Below are positions 18,599 to 28,428 of a DNA stretch of 57,986 nt, piece after piece. The position numbers and the translations under genes are program-made. Position 1 is the stretch's first letter, and each line of letters begins with the position of its first letter. This DNA comes from an uncultured Thermoanaerobaculia bacterium (GTDB lineage: Bacteria; Acidobacteriota; Thermoanaerobaculia; Thermoanaerobaculales; Sulfomarinibacteraceae): NCBI GenBank assembly GCA_964565045.1, contig CAZMED010000002.1, positions 1-57,986 of the forward strand. The letters run 5' to 3'. Under the pieces are notes generated by a model. That model was not told the DNA's origin and made no database searches. It worked only from the letters and a program-made list of their open reading frames with translations.

Positions 18599-19555
18599 TC
18601 AACGGTCGCTGAAGATCCCCATCGCCCTGAACTTCTTGTAGCGCCGGGCCATGAGTGCCTCCGGCTTGATCTTGCGCAGGGCGCGCAGGTTGCGCTGGAT
18701 CGCGGCCGCAATGGTCTCGGCCATCCTCGGCGGATCCATGTGGGCGCCGCCCGGGGGCTCGGGCAGGATCTCGTCGATCACGCGGAACCCCTTGAGGTCT
18801 TTGGCGGTCAGTCGCAGGGCCCGGGCGGCGTCCTCGGCGCGGGCCTGGTCCTTCCACAGGATCGCGGCGCAGCCCTCCGGCGAGATCACCGAGTAGATGG
18901 CGTGCTCGAGCATCAGCACGCGGTCGCCGATCCCCAGTGCGAGAGCCCCGCCCGAGCCGCCTTCCCCGGTCACGATGACGATGACCGGCACCGGTAAGGC
19001 GGCCATCTCGATCAGGTTGTTGGCGATCGCCTCGGCCTGGCCCCGCTCCTCGGCGTCGATTCCCGGGTAGGCGCCCGGCGTGTCGACGAAGGAGATGATC
19101 GGCCGCCGGAAACGGGCCCCCAACTGCATCACCCGCAGCGCCTTCCGATAACCCTCGGGCCGGGGCATGCCGAAGTTGCGCCGCAGCTTCTCGGCCGTGT
19201 CGCGGCCCTTCTGGTGGCCCACCACGACCACCGGCTCGCCCTGGAAGCGGGCGAGGCCGGCGACCACCGCGGCATCGTCGGCGTAGCGTCGGTCTCCGTG
19301 GAGCTCCGTGAACTCGGTGAAGATGCTGTGCGTGTACGCCAGGGTGTGGGGTCGCTCCGCGTGGCGCGCGAGCTGGCACTGCTGCCACGGAGTGAGGGAG
19401 GAAAACACCTGCTTGATCGTCGCTTCGAGCTCGCGCCGGGCGATCTCGAGGTCCTCGGCGGTGTGCGAGTCCGAGGTCCCCGCGGACTCCAGCTCGAGCA
19501 CGCGCGCACGCAACTCCTGGATCGTGTCGAGAAACTGTGGCGTCGGTGCAGCCAT
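18599..19555 (-). CDS. accA: acetyl-CoA carboxylase carboxyltransferase subunit alpha
   Basis: 318 aa with ..FGMPRPEGYRKALR.. and FVDTPGAYPGIDAEERGQAEAIA, both typical of AccA. Confidence 0.9.
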   Translation of the reverse strand: MAAPTPQFLDTIQELRARVLELESAGTSDSHTAEDLEIARRELEATIKQVFSSLTPWQQCQLARHAERPHTLAYTHSIFTEFTELHGDRRYADDAAVVAGLARFQGEPVVVVGHQKGRDTAEKLRRNFGMPRPEGYRKALRVMQLGARFRRPIISFVDTPGAYPGIDAEERGQAEAIANNLIEMAALPVPVIVIVTGEGGSGGALALGIGDRVLMLEHAIYSVISPEGCAAILWKDQARAEDAARALRLTAKDLKGFRVIDEILPEPPGGAHMDPPRMAETIAAAIQRNLRALRKIKPEALMARRYKKFRAMGIFSDR

Positions 19556-19592
19556 CCCGCGACTCTACCCTTAAACTTCCCCGAAATCCACT

Positions 19593-21332
19593 TCAGGGCG
19601 CCGCCGGCCGCTGCTTCTGGCGCACCAGAGGCAACAGATAATCGTCTGGTGGGGCGAAGCCCAGCATGAGGAGCAGGGTCGGCGCGAGATGGGCGATGCC
19701 GGGTTCGGGCGGGAGGTCCGGGTTGGGTTCGAAGTGCTCCGCCATCTCGCCGCTCAGGCACCAGGGCACCGGCGAGAGGGTGTGGCTGGTCTTCAGCTGC
19801 GGCCGACCCTGAGGGTCGTGCTTGACGGCCCCGCTGTCGGGGTCCACTTCCCACATCATCTCGAGGTTGCCGTGGTCGGCGGTCACGATCAGGGTCGCCC
19901 CGGCACTCCGCGCTGCGGTCTCGATCCTGCCCACGCACCCGTCGACGACCTCCATCGCCCGCACTGCGGCCGCCAGAGAGCCGGTGTGGCCCACCATGTC
20001 GCCGTTGGCGAAGTTGGCGCGAATGAAGCGGTGTGAGCGGGCGTTCAGGGCGTCGACGACGACCTGGCAGACCTCGCGCGCCTTCATCTCCGGTTGGCGG
20101 TCGAAGGGCAGATCGTCGCTTGGAACCTCGACCCAGGTTTCCATCGAGCGGTCGAAGGGCTCGGAGTTGTTGCCGTTCCAGAAGTAGGTCACGTGGCCGA
20201 ACTTCTGGGTCTCGGCCGTCGCCAGCTGCGTGATGCCGTTGTGCGCCAGGTACTCCGAGACCGTGCGCGAGATCGCGGGCGGGCTCACGAGGTAGCGCGG
20301 CGGGATCTTGAGATCGCCGTCGTACTCCATCATCCCGGCGTACAGCACGTCCGGTGTGCGACCGCGGTCGAAGACGTCGAAGTCCTCCTCGGTGAAGGCG
20401 CGGGAGATCTCGATCGCCCGGTCGCCGCGGAAGTTGAAGAACACCACCGAATCGCCGTCTCGCATGGGGCCCAGCGGCAGGCCGTCGGGATCCGTGATCA
20501 CGAAAGGCGGGAGGTCCTGGTCGATGATGTCGGGCTGCTCGCGCCGCAGGACCTCCACCGCTTCCCGGGCGCTGCGGAACGGCCGCGCGTCGCCGTGCAC
20601 GTGGGTCTCCCAGCCCTGGCGCACCATCTTCCAGTCGGCGCCGTATCGATCCATGGTGATCTTCATCCGCCCGCCGCCCGACGCCACCGCAGCGTCGGTG
20701 CCGGCGGCGCGCACCTCGGCGAGCACCTCCTCGAGGCGATCCAGGTAGCGGTGGTAGGACACCGGCTCGACGTCGCGTCCGTCCGCGAGCGCGTGGACCC
20801 GGACTCGGGCGACGCCCTCCTCCGCCAGCCTGCGGATCAGAGCCGTGAGGTGGTCGATGTGGCTGTGGACGTTGCCGTCGGAAAGCAGCCCCACCAGGTG
20901 GAATGTGCCAGCGCGTTCCCTGACCCGGCCGACGAGCTCGCGCCAGCTCGAGCCTGCGAACAACGAACCGTCGGCGATGGCGCCGTTGACGAGCCGCGCG
21001 CCCTGCTCGAAGATCCGCCCCGCACCCATCGCGTTGTGGCCGACCTCCGAGTTGCCCATGTCGGCGTCGCTCGGCAGGCCGACCGCCGTACCGTGCGCCT
21101 TGAGCTTCATGAAGACCGGCGCCTCGGCGAAAAGGCGGTCGAGGTGGGGGGTTGCCGCGAGGTCGTAGGCATTGCCCTCGAAACCCTCGGCCCGGCCCTT
21201 GAACAAGCCGACGCCGTCCAGGATCAACAGCACCAGCTGACCTGGAACTCCTGCGAAACCGGCGTACGGCTCGAGCTTGAATGCGTCCATCGGGTCCTCC
21301 GTGCCTGTCAACCGCTCTGTCGGGACGGTCAT
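19593..21332 (-). CDS. gpmI: 2,3-bisphosphoglycerate-independent phosphoglycerate mutase
   Basis: iPGM motifs are present (LLILDGVG, GNSEVGHNAMGAGR, ADHGN). Start taken at ATG 21332, which forms an ATGA overlap with the upstream stop; ATG 21290 is an alternative. Confidence 0.88.
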   Translation of the reverse strand: MTVPTERLTGTEDPMDAFKLEPYAGFAGVPGQLVLLILDGVGLFKGRAEGFEGNAYDLAATPHLDRLFAEAPVFMKLKAHGTAVGLPSDADMGNSEVGHNAMGAGRIFEQGARLVNGAIADGSLFAGSSWRELVGRVRERAGTFHLVGLLSDGNVHSHIDHLTALIRRLAEEGVARVRVHALADGRDVEPVSYHRYLDRLEEVLAEVRAAGTDAAVASGGGRMKITMDRYGADWKMVRQGWETHVHGDARPFRSAREAVEVLRREQPDIIDQDLPPFVITDPDGLPLGPMRDGDSVVFFNFRGDRAIEISRAFTEEDFDVFDRGRTPDVLYAGMMEYDGDLKIPPRYLVSPPAISRTVSEYLAHNGITQLATAETQKFGHVTYFWNGNNSEPFDRSMETWVEVPSDDLPFDRQPEMKAREVCQVVVDALNARSHRFIRANFANGDMVGHTGSLAAAVRAMEVVDGCVGRIETAARSAGATLIVTADHGNLEMMWEVDPDSGAVKHDPQGRPQLKTSHTLSPVPWCLSGEMAEHFEPNPDLPPEPGIAHLAPTLLLMLGFAPPDDYLLPLVRQKQRPAAP

Positions 21333-22144
21333 TCCTCGGCGGCGCCGAGCCCCCACGCCCTCTGCAGGCGCCGGACGGCCTCGACGAAACCCTGCGGACC
21401 GGAGCTGGCGATCCGCTGCACCCCGGCCGGCACGGCCGAGGCTTCGACCGCGTCGCCGAGGAGAAAACCGAGGTCGACGAGCGCGAGCATCGGCAGATCG
21501 TTCCAGGCGTCGCCGACCGCCGCCGTCGCCTCAGGGCGCCCGCCAGGCCAGGAATCGCACAACGCGGCGACGGCGGTGCCCTTGTCGACGCCCGCGCCGA
21601 GAAGGTGCCAGAAGCGACCCCCGCGAACGATCGCCGCCCGGTGCGCGCCTGCCGTTTCCCGCATCAGCTCGAGTCCCCGTGGCCCGAGCTCATCGAGCGC
21701 GACGAAGGGTTCGGAACCCGACCGCTGCATCGCGCGGGCGGCGGCGGCCGACGTCAACCCCGTGCGGCTGGACACCTCCTCCACCGTCATCTCCGACATG
21801 CCGCGCACCGGCAGCTGGAGCCGCTGCACCTCGCGCAGCACCTCGAGCAGGGCCGCTCTCGGCGGGCCGATCAGGCGCTGACACCCGCTCTCCCGGAGCA
21901 CTACGGCGCCCCCCTCCGTCACCGCGGGCCCCGTCAGCCCGAGCTCCACCATCAGCGGCGCCACCTCCGCGGCGGTCTTCGAGCTCACGGGCACGACCGC
22001 CACCCCGGCCGCCGCGAGCGTTCGCAGGGCCGCTCTCGCCTCGTCCGTCGCCTGGTAGCTGTGAAAATCGATCAGGGTCCCGTCGAGGTCGGAGAACAGC
22101 GCGTATCGGGGACTCTGCGGTCGGCGCGAGAGCGGCGCCTTCAC
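21329..22144 (-). CDS. HAD-IIB family hydrolase (mannosyl-/glucosyl-3-phosphoglycerate phosphatase-like)
   Basis: HAD motif I (LFSDLDGTLIDF) and a distal GDAWNDLPML motif. A GTG start at 22144 is proposed, just after the PP2C stop. Confidence 0.7.
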   Translation of the reverse strand: MKAPLSRRPQSPRYALFSDLDGTLIDFHSYQATDEARAALRTLAAAGVAVVPVSSKTAAEVAPLMVELGLTGPAVTEGGAVVLRESGCQRLIGPPRAALLEVLREVQRLQLPVRGMSEMTVEEVSSRTGLTSAAAARAMQRSGSEPFVALDELGPRGLELMRETAGAHRAAIVRGGRFWHLLGAGVDKGTAVAALCDSWPGGRPEATAAVGDAWNDLPMLALVDLGFLLGDAVEASAVPAGVQRIASSGPQGFVEAVRRLQRAWGLGAAEE

Positions 22145-22148
22145 GGAC

Positions 22149-22955
22149 TCACGCCGGCTGCTCGGGCACCTGCTTCGGCCGCAGCAGCACCACACTGACG
22201 TTGTCGTTGCCGCCCCGCTGGTTGGCGGCGTTGATCAGCCGCTCGCAGGTTTCCTCGAGGGACCCCTCGGGCTCGAGCAGGCCCGCGATCTCGTCGTCGG
22301 TGAGCATGGAGTTGAGGCCGTCCGAGCAGAGCAGGAAGAGATCGCCGTCCTCGAAGGCCACCTCGCGAACGTCGACCCGGGGTTCGCTGCTTCCCCCGAG
22401 CGCCTGGGTGACGACGTTCTTCAGCGGGTGGGTACGGGCCGCCTCCTCGGAGAGAAACCCGGCCGCCACCTGCTCGTGGACCCAGGAGTGGTCGCTGGTC
22501 AGGAGGTGGAGGTGGCCACCGCGGAGGCAGTATGCGCGGCTGTCCCCGACGTGGCAGATGACCAGCGTCTTCTTGCCCAGCTCGTGCACCGCCACCACGA
22601 CGGTCGTCCCCATGCCCTTGAGGTCCATGTCGTCGTTCATCACATCGGTGACGCGATGGTGGCCTGCGACGACGGCGTCGACGAGCAGGTTTGCGGCCGC
22701 GCTGCGCTTGGGGTCCCAGTGCTCGGGCCAGTTCTCGCCGCTGCCCTGCCTGAAGATCCTCAGGATCTCCTCAGCAGCCACCCGGGACGCGACCTCGCCT
22801 GCCGCGTGCCCGCCCATGCCGTCGGCAACCAGGTAGAGATCGTGCTCCGGATCGAGAACGAACACGTCCTCGTTGATGCGGCGCTTCAGCCCGACGTCGG
22901 TCTTTCCCGTCGCCTCGATCTCGAATCGACGGTTTGCAGGTCCGACCACCCTCAC
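22149..22955 (-). CDS. PP2C-family Ser/Thr protein phosphatase
   Basis: PPM motifs are present (DVGLKRRINEDVF, VADGMGGHAAGEVAS, LCSDGL, GGNDNVSVV). Confidence 0.85.
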   Translation of the reverse strand: MRVVGPANRRFEIEATGKTDVGLKRRINEDVFVLDPEHDLYLVADGMGGHAAGEVASRVAAEEILRIFRQGSGENWPEHWDPKRSAAANLLVDAVVAGHHRVTDVMNDDMDLKGMGTTVVVAVHELGKKTLVICHVGDSRAYCLRGGHLHLLTSDHSWVHEQVAAGFLSEEAARTHPLKNVVTQALGGSSEPRVDVREVAFEDGDLFLLCSDGLNSMLTDDEIAGLLEPEGSLEETCERLINAANQRGGNDNVSVVLLRPKQVPEQPA

Positions 22956-22956
22956 C

Positions 22957-23622
22957 TCAATTCCGGCGCCTGAACCGTTGCAGCAGGCCGCCCCCCTTGT
23001 CGTCGTCGGTGGCCTTCGCCTGACTGAGCACCTCGCTTGCGCGAGCGTTGGTCGGATCGAGTCCGAGGGCCTCGTCGGCGAGGCGCGCGGCGCGGCTCTT
23101 CATGCCCGCTGCGAGAGCTAGAGCGGAGGCCTCCGCCTTCATGGTCGCGTTACCGGGTTCGAGCGACGCCGCCCGTTCCATGTGGCGCAGCGCGTCGGGC
23201 GCCTTGCTCGGGACCTTGCCGAGGGCGAGCCCGTAGAAATAGTGGGCCCGTGCATTGTCGTCATCGTGGTCGATGGCGGCCTTGAGGGTCTCGAGGGCTT
23301 CGGCCACCTTCCCCTCGCGCAGGCACTGCGAGCCCTTGGCAGCCAGCCGGCGGGAGATCTCGCGCACGTCCATCGCCTGGTTGTTGGTGCCCTTGGAGAT
23401 CTCGATGTCGTACTTCTCGCGGCTTCGCGGGTGGCTGAGAACGTTGAAAGCCTCGGTGATGGCCTGGAACCGCTCCTCGGCCGCCGCCCTCTTGTCGCCC
23501 GAGTAGCGATCCGGGTGGTGCTGCAGCGCGAGGCGGCGGAACGCCCCCCGAACCTGCTCGTCCGTCGCATCGCGCTCGATGCCCAGGGTGTCGTAATGGG
23601 TTAACTTGCGACGCATCCTCAC
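22957..23622 (-). CDS. J-domain (DnaJ-like) protein with C-terminal TPR repeats
   Basis: J domain with the HPD motif (YDTLGIERDATDEQVRGAFRRLALQHHPDR), followed by TPR-like helices (AHYFYGLALGK..). Confidence 0.8.
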   Translation of the reverse strand: MRMRRKLTHYDTLGIERDATDEQVRGAFRRLALQHHPDRYSGDKRAAAEERFQAITEAFNVLSHPRSREKYDIEISKGTNNQAMDVREISRRLAAKGSQCLREGKVAEALETLKAAIDHDDDNARAHYFYGLALGKVPSKAPDALRHMERAASLEPGNATMKAEASALALAAGMKSRAARLADEALGLDPTNARASEVLSQAKATDDDKGGGLLQRFRRRN

Positions 23623-23708
23623 TCACTCCAAGACCACAAATCGAAACTACCACGTCCCTCAAACCCATGCAACGAAATCGGATCTCGGGCCGGAGCGCAC
23701 CCGGGCGA

Positions 23709-24788
23709 TCAGCTGCGACGGGTGCTGAGGAGGCGGGCGGCCATCTGCCGCGTCACGGGATTGATGTTGCGGTCCCGCGAAACCCGCACCTTGTCGCGTT
23801 GCGACAGCCGCGCCAGGATCTTGTTGGCCGTGTAGACCGGCGTCTTGGGGTTGAGGGCCAGCGCGATGATCACCGGGTAGAACCGGGTCCAGCGTCGGTT
23901 TTCGGCGATCTGGATGATGACCTCCTCGGCGACGCTGCGCGAGGAGGCGAAGCGCTCGATCTCGATGTCCGTGAGCTTCGGACTCGCCAGCACCGAGCGC
24001 TGCACGAGCCGGTTGCGGCTGTTGATGAGAATCGCCCGTTCCTCCTTGGTTCCGCGCAGGGCCCTGCCGATCCGCTCGTGGACGCTCATCCGGAGCAACC
24101 GGGCATGGGCGTCCTGGTGGGCGGAGTGCTTGATGGCCTCGGCCAGGGAGGGGTCGTCGGCGTCCGGGTACGGCATCGAGTCCTCTTTCGGGATGTGGGC
24201 GCCGATCGAGTGCAGGGCCTCGATGGCTTCCTCGATGCTCTGACGCGAGGCCTCGAGAGCCTCCTCCTGCTCGGCCAGGACCTTCTGGATGAACTCCTCC
24301 TCGAACTCGCGCACCCGCCGCAGGACGACCTGGTTGACCTGCTTGTTGGCCCGCAGATCATCCAGGATCTCGAGGCAGTTGAGGAGCCGCACCTGGTTGG
24401 TGATGATGATGTCCTGGACCAGAGGGCTGGCATTGCGCGCCAGCACCCGCAGGGTCTCGTCGGAGGCGTTCGGATGGCTCGCGACCGCGCTCCAGATCGC
24501 CTCGCTGTCCCGCACGCGGATCAGGAGATCCAGGACCAGCGAGCTCGGCGGGCTGTGGCGCAGCCACGCCAGAATCGTCTCCTCGTCCTCGCCCTGGATC
24601 GATTTCGCGGCGATTTCGGCGAGCTCCTCGTCGGGGTCCGCGGAGAGGATCAACTGCAGGCTGAGCAGTTCCTCCCGCGCCACCGGCAGCAGGCCCTGGG
24701 CCGCGAACAACCGCACCTGCCGCGGCACCTCGCCTTTGACGATGCCGCTGATCAGACTCTCGGCCGAGGTCGCCCTGGCGTTACTCAC
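23709..24788 (-). CDS. hypothetical alpha-helical repeat protein (HEAT/LRV-like)
   Basis: 359-aa ORF with good coding character and repeated L..NP.TP / LASP helix-turn motifs. I do not recognise a family. Confidence 0.5.
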   Translation of the reverse strand: MSNARATSAESLISGIVKGEVPRQVRLFAAQGLLPVAREELLSLQLILSADPDEELAEIAAKSIQGEDEETILAWLRHSPPSSLVLDLLIRVRDSEAIWSAVASHPNASDETLRVLARNASPLVQDIIITNQVRLLNCLEILDDLRANKQVNQVVLRRVREFEEEFIQKVLAEQEEALEASRQSIEEAIEALHSIGAHIPKEDSMPYPDADDPSLAEAIKHSAHQDAHARLLRMSVHERIGRALRGTKEERAILINSRNRLVQRSVLASPKLTDIEIERFASSRSVAEEVIIQIAENRRWTRFYPVIIALALNPKTPVYTANKILARLSQRDKVRVSRDRNINPVTRQMAARLLSTRRS

Positions 24789-25605
24789 TGCGAGCCCTCG
24801 GGCCCAGGACCTCGAGGCCGTCCGAGCTCACCTCGGTATGGACCACCTGCCCCGGCCGTCCGAGGTCGGCGTAGACCCTGCCGCCGACCTCGACGCTCGC
24901 CGCCCCGGCATCACCGATCGTGAGCTTGATCGGGCCGGCGAGCTCGATCTCCTCCACCGTCCCTCCGCCCAGCAGTCGCCCGCCGGCCGCTCCGTTGTGG
25001 TCCCGGTAATGGACCCAGCACTCGGTCCCGGGGCGGACCCTGACCACGAGAGAGACGACATCGGGCTCATTGGCGATCTCCGATGCGGAAGCAACGGGCG
25101 ACGCCGTCGGCCGGAACTCGGCGAGCGAGGGCGGCGCGGTCCTCAGGCCGGCGCGGTCGACCGGCGCCACGACCCGCTGGCCTGCATCGAGCTCGCCCTG
25201 GAGGACCGAGCTCCGCCAGATCACCGCCACGGCGACGATGGCGATGGCGGCCGCCGCGAAGACCGGGCCCCAGAAGCGCCAGCGGATCGTCCGCACCAAC
25301 GGAACCTCGTCGACGACCAGGCTCGGGTAGGATCCCGAGGCGAGCTGGAAGCGCTCCCAGGCGGCCTCGAAGGCGTCGACGAGAGTGGAAGGGTTCGCTC
25401 CGACGATGCTCGCGTACTGCGCGACAAAATTGCGGCAGAAGATCTTCTGCGGCAGGAACTGGAAATCCCCGTTCTCGAGGTTGCGCAGGATCTGGCGCGA
25501 GATCTTCGTCTCCGCCGCGATGTCGTCGACGCTCAGCCCCGCGCTCTCGCGCAGACGCTGCATCTCCTCACCGAAGGTCTTCGGGTGGTTGGGCGGCCCC
25601 TCCAT
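24781..25605 (-). CDS. RodZ-like HTH/transmembrane protein with C-terminal DUF4115-like domain
   Basis: Start at MEGPPNHPKTFGEEMQRLRE. It has an XRE-type HTH (LSVDDIAAETKISRQILRNLENGDF), one TM segment (WGPVFAAAAIAIVAVAVIW) and a C-terminal beta domain (ECWVHYRD..IKLTIGDAGAASVEVGG). Confidence 0.7.
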   Translation of the reverse strand: MEGPPNHPKTFGEEMQRLRESAGLSVDDIAAETKISRQILRNLENGDFQFLPQKIFCRNFVAQYASIVGANPSTLVDAFEAAWERFQLASGSYPSLVVDEVPLVRTIRWRFWGPVFAAAAIAIVAVAVIWRSSVLQGELDAGQRVVAPVDRAGLRTAPPSLAEFRPTASPVASASEIANEPDVVSLVVRVRPGTECWVHYRDHNGAAGGRLLGGGTVEEIELAGPIKLTIGDAGAASVEVGGRVYADLGRPGQVVHTEVSSDGLEVLGPRARSE

Positions 25606-26344
25606 CGCCGTGATCACCCTCGGAGTGTACCACCCCGCGGAGACCGCGTGCCTCGCGCTCGAGCAGCGACTCCGCGGCACTCCGGACGTCGTCCTTGAGG
25701 TCGCGCCGGTCGAGCATCGCGCGCAGCTCGCCGCGGGTCAGCAGGACCAGGAGGCTGAGGGCCAGAGGAAGCGGGGTATGCGGCGATCCGGCGAGTGCCC
25801 GGCGCACGTCGCGGTACTGCCCCCAACGCGGGTGGCGTGCGAGCTCCTGGAGAAACTCCGTGGGGGCCTGGGCGGTGTTGACGACGACCAGGATGTCGTT
25901 CTCGACGAGGCGGGGGTTGTTGAGCAGCGCGATCAGGATCTGCGGATCGTCGGTCGTGGTGAGGGCGCGGAACAGTGCGCGGTGGGCACGGCGCGCGAGG
26001 GCGATTTTCTCCCCCAGCGCCATCGACGGCAGCTGGAGCAGCAGCTTGCGCTCGGCCTGGCGCCGGATCACGGGAGGGGTCTTCGGAGTCTGCGACAGCG
26101 CGAGCAGCGAGTTCCAGGGAAGGGTCGCGAGGAGGTCGACGGCACGGGCGAAGTTGAGCCCCGGGAAACCGGCCAGGAGCTCGCGCACGCCGTGCAGGCC
26201 GAGGAGGCTCCGGTCGGACGCGATCAGCTCGGCGATCTGCGGCGTGCAGTAGGGGCTCCTCAGGACCCGCATCGCCTCGAGTTCGTCGAGCCTTCCGCTG
26301 CGAACGAGCTCGAGAAGCTCGTGCGAGTCGAGATCTGCGATCAT
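25568..26344 (-). CDS. hypothetical alpha-helical repeat protein (LRV-like)
   Basis: 258-aa 3' part of the tracked 602-aa ORF, starting at MIADLDSHELLELV. Repeats of the type L..NPRL / TPKTP resemble the 23709-24788 product. The upstream part of the ORF overlaps PrsW and was rejected. Confidence 0.5.
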   Translation of the reverse strand: MIADLDSHELLELVRSGRLDELEAMRVLRSPYCTPQIAELIASDRSLLGLHGVRELLAGFPGLNFARAVDLLATLPWNSLLALSQTPKTPPVIRRQAERKLLLQLPSMALGEKIALARRAHRALFRALTTTDDPQILIALLNNPRLVENDILVVVNTAQAPTEFLQELARHPRWGQYRDVRRALAGSPHTPLPLALSLLVLLTRGELRAMLDRRDLKDDVRSAAESLLEREARGLRGVVHSEGDHGDGGAAQPPEDLR

Positions 26345-26442
26345 CGGGTCCCCCACCCCATGGTACCTGCCGACCGCCGGTGCCCCGCGCCGCGCGAGCC
26401 TGTTCAACAGTTTTTTGACAATCGGCGCCGGCAGCTCGGACT

Positions 26443-27456
26443 TCAGTCGTCCGCCGGGGAGACTGGAGCGAGGATCGCCCGCAGCCGCTGCCGCAGCCGC
26501 ACCACCTCGAGCGAGGCGATGGCTGCTTCGTTGCTCGGCAGATGGCGCAGAGCCTGCTTGCGGAAAGCGACCCGGGTCAGCAGCCGGGCGATCACCGTCC
26601 GCTCGGTGCGGTTGGGCCACCAGTCCCCGCGCACCCGACGCCGGTAGTACGGGATGACGTCCACGACCCAGGGCGGCGCGAGCTGCAGCGCCACCTCCTC
26701 CGCGAGCTGTCGCTTCAGGATGCGCTGCTCCGAATGCAGAAACGCGGCCAGGACCACCAGGTAGGCGGCATAGACGATCGGCACCACCAGCAGCCACCCG
26801 CGCAGCCTGCCGAAGGCGGAGAACGGCCCGACCAGCACCAGGGCCGCGTTCCACACCCCGTGCAGCGCGGCGGCGGCGACCAGCCCGGCCGCCGCCCACG
26901 CCACGCGGACGCTGCGCCGGCGCGAGAGCAGCGCGTACCCGAGGAAGCCGCCGAAAGTCGCGCTGCTCACCGCGTGCACGCCGGCCGAGAACAGGGTCCT
27001 TCCCACCGACAATGCCAGCACGCCGTGCCCGTCGAACGGTAGGGTGGCGCCCAGACCGATGCCGTAGAGCGAGTTTTCGGCCACCGCGAAACCGAGGCCC
27101 GCCGCGGTGCCGTAGACCATGCCGTCGGTCGGGTTGTCGAAGTTCCGCGTCAGCAGCACGACCAGGACGACGCCGAGCGCCTTCGCGACCTCCTCGACCA
27201 GGGGACCCGCGATCCCGACGCCGGCCAGCGACTGCGGGGCGATCCCGATCCCCTGCGACACCGGCTCGACCGCTTTGAAGAAGAGAATGGTGGCGGTGGG
27301 CGCGACGGCCGCACCCCACAGGAAGACGGCCGCCACCATGTGCAGCGGCTCGCGGTCGTAGCGGTCCACGAACCACACGAGCAGCACCACCAGGAGAAGG
27401 AACCCGGCAGAGACCACGAGCGAGGAGAGCAGCACGAGGGCGCTGCCGATGCTCAC
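26443..27456 (-). CDS. PrsW-family intramembrane metalloprotease
   Basis: Multi-pass membrane protein with an EExxK motif (LVEEVAKALG) and downstream His motifs (GVHAVSSATFGG, LHGVWNA), as in PrsW. Confidence 0.75.
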   Translation of the reverse strand: MSIGSALVLLSSLVVSAGFLLLVVLLVWFVDRYDREPLHMVAAVFLWGAAVAPTATILFFKAVEPVSQGIGIAPQSLAGVGIAGPLVEEVAKALGVVLVVLLTRNFDNPTDGMVYGTAAGLGFAVAENSLYGIGLGATLPFDGHGVLALSVGRTLFSAGVHAVSSATFGGFLGYALLSRRRSVRVAWAAAGLVAAAALHGVWNAALVLVGPFSAFGRLRGWLLVVPIVYAAYLVVLAAFLHSEQRILKRQLAEEVALQLAPPWVVDVIPYYRRRVRGDWWPNRTERTVIARLLTRVAFRKQALRHLPSNEAAIASLEVVRLRQRLRAILAPVSPADD

Positions 27457-28418
27457 GGCAGGACCAGCTTCAGGTGTTCGACCGGTTGCTCCGCGAAGAA
27501 TCTCCGGGCGTCCTCGGCATCGCGGCGGATCTGCGCCATCAACTGGGCGGTGGATGCGAAGGTGCGTTCCTCCCGCAGCCGCTCGAGGAAGAACAGGCGC
27601 ACCCGCTCGCGATACACGTCGGCGGTGAAGTCCAGCAGGTGACTCTCGATCGTCGTCAACGAGTTCTGATAGACGGTCGGCCGCACGCCGATGTTGGTGA
27701 CCGCCGGGAAGGTGCGGGCGAAGGAGGGGATGTGGACGGCGGTGACGTAGACGCCGTGTCCGGGCTCGATCTCGTTCTCGATCTCGATGTTGAGGGTCGG
27801 GAAACCCAGCTTGCGGCCGAGGCGCTTGCCCTCGAGCACGTGGCCCTCGATGAAGTGAGACCTTCCGAGCAGCTCGGCGACCTCCCCCACCCGCCCCGCC
27901 GAGACCGCCTCGCGGACCCGGGTCGACGACACCACGCCGCCTGCGGCCTCGACGATCGGCGAGGACTCGGCGCGAAAGCCGAGCTCGGCACCCATCCCGC
28001 GCAGGAGGGCGACGTCGCCGCCGCGGTCCGCGCCGAAGCGGAAATTCTTGCCGATGTAGATCTCCTGAACCGCCAGCAGCGCCACGAGCACCTCGCGGAC
28101 GAACTCGGCGGCGGTCATCCGAGCGAGCCGGTGGGTGAACGGCGTCACCAGCGTCGTGTCGATCCCGGTGCGGGCGATGAGATCGAGGCGTTGGTCGAGC
28201 GTCGTCAGCAGGCGCGGCGCCTCACTCGGCCGCAGGAGCTTCACCGGGTGGGGGTCGAAGGTCATGGCAACGGCTGCCGTCCCCTGCTCGCGCGCCCTGC
28301 CCACCACGTGCCTCAGAACCGCCTGGTGCCCGAGGTGCACGCCGTCGAAGTTGCCGATGCTCATCACCGCCCCGCGCGGAGGATCATCGTCGCCGAGCGG
28401 ATCGCGGAGGATCAGCAT
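27453..28418 (-). CDS. ribF: bifunctional riboflavin kinase / FMN adenylyltransferase
   Basis: Start at MLILRDP... The motif IGNFDGVHLGHQ is present, as is the C-terminal kinase motif (GFPTLN, ..ESHLLDF..DLYG-like ..VYRERV). Confidence 0.9.
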   Translation of the reverse strand: MLILRDPLGDDDPPRGAVMSIGNFDGVHLGHQAVLRHVVGRAREQGTAAVAMTFDPHPVKLLRPSEAPRLLTTLDQRLDLIARTGIDTTLVTPFTHRLARMTAAEFVREVLVALLAVQEIYIGKNFRFGADRGGDVALLRGMGAELGFRAESSPIVEAAGGVVSSTRVREAVSAGRVGEVAELLGRSHFIEGHVLEGKRLGRKLGFPTLNIEIENEIEPGHGVYVTAVHIPSFARTFPAVTNIGVRPTVYQNSLTTIESHLLDFTADVYRERVRLFFLERLREERTFASTAQLMAQIRRDAEDARRFFAEQPVEHLKLVLP

Positions 28419-28428
28419 CGCCGGGCCT

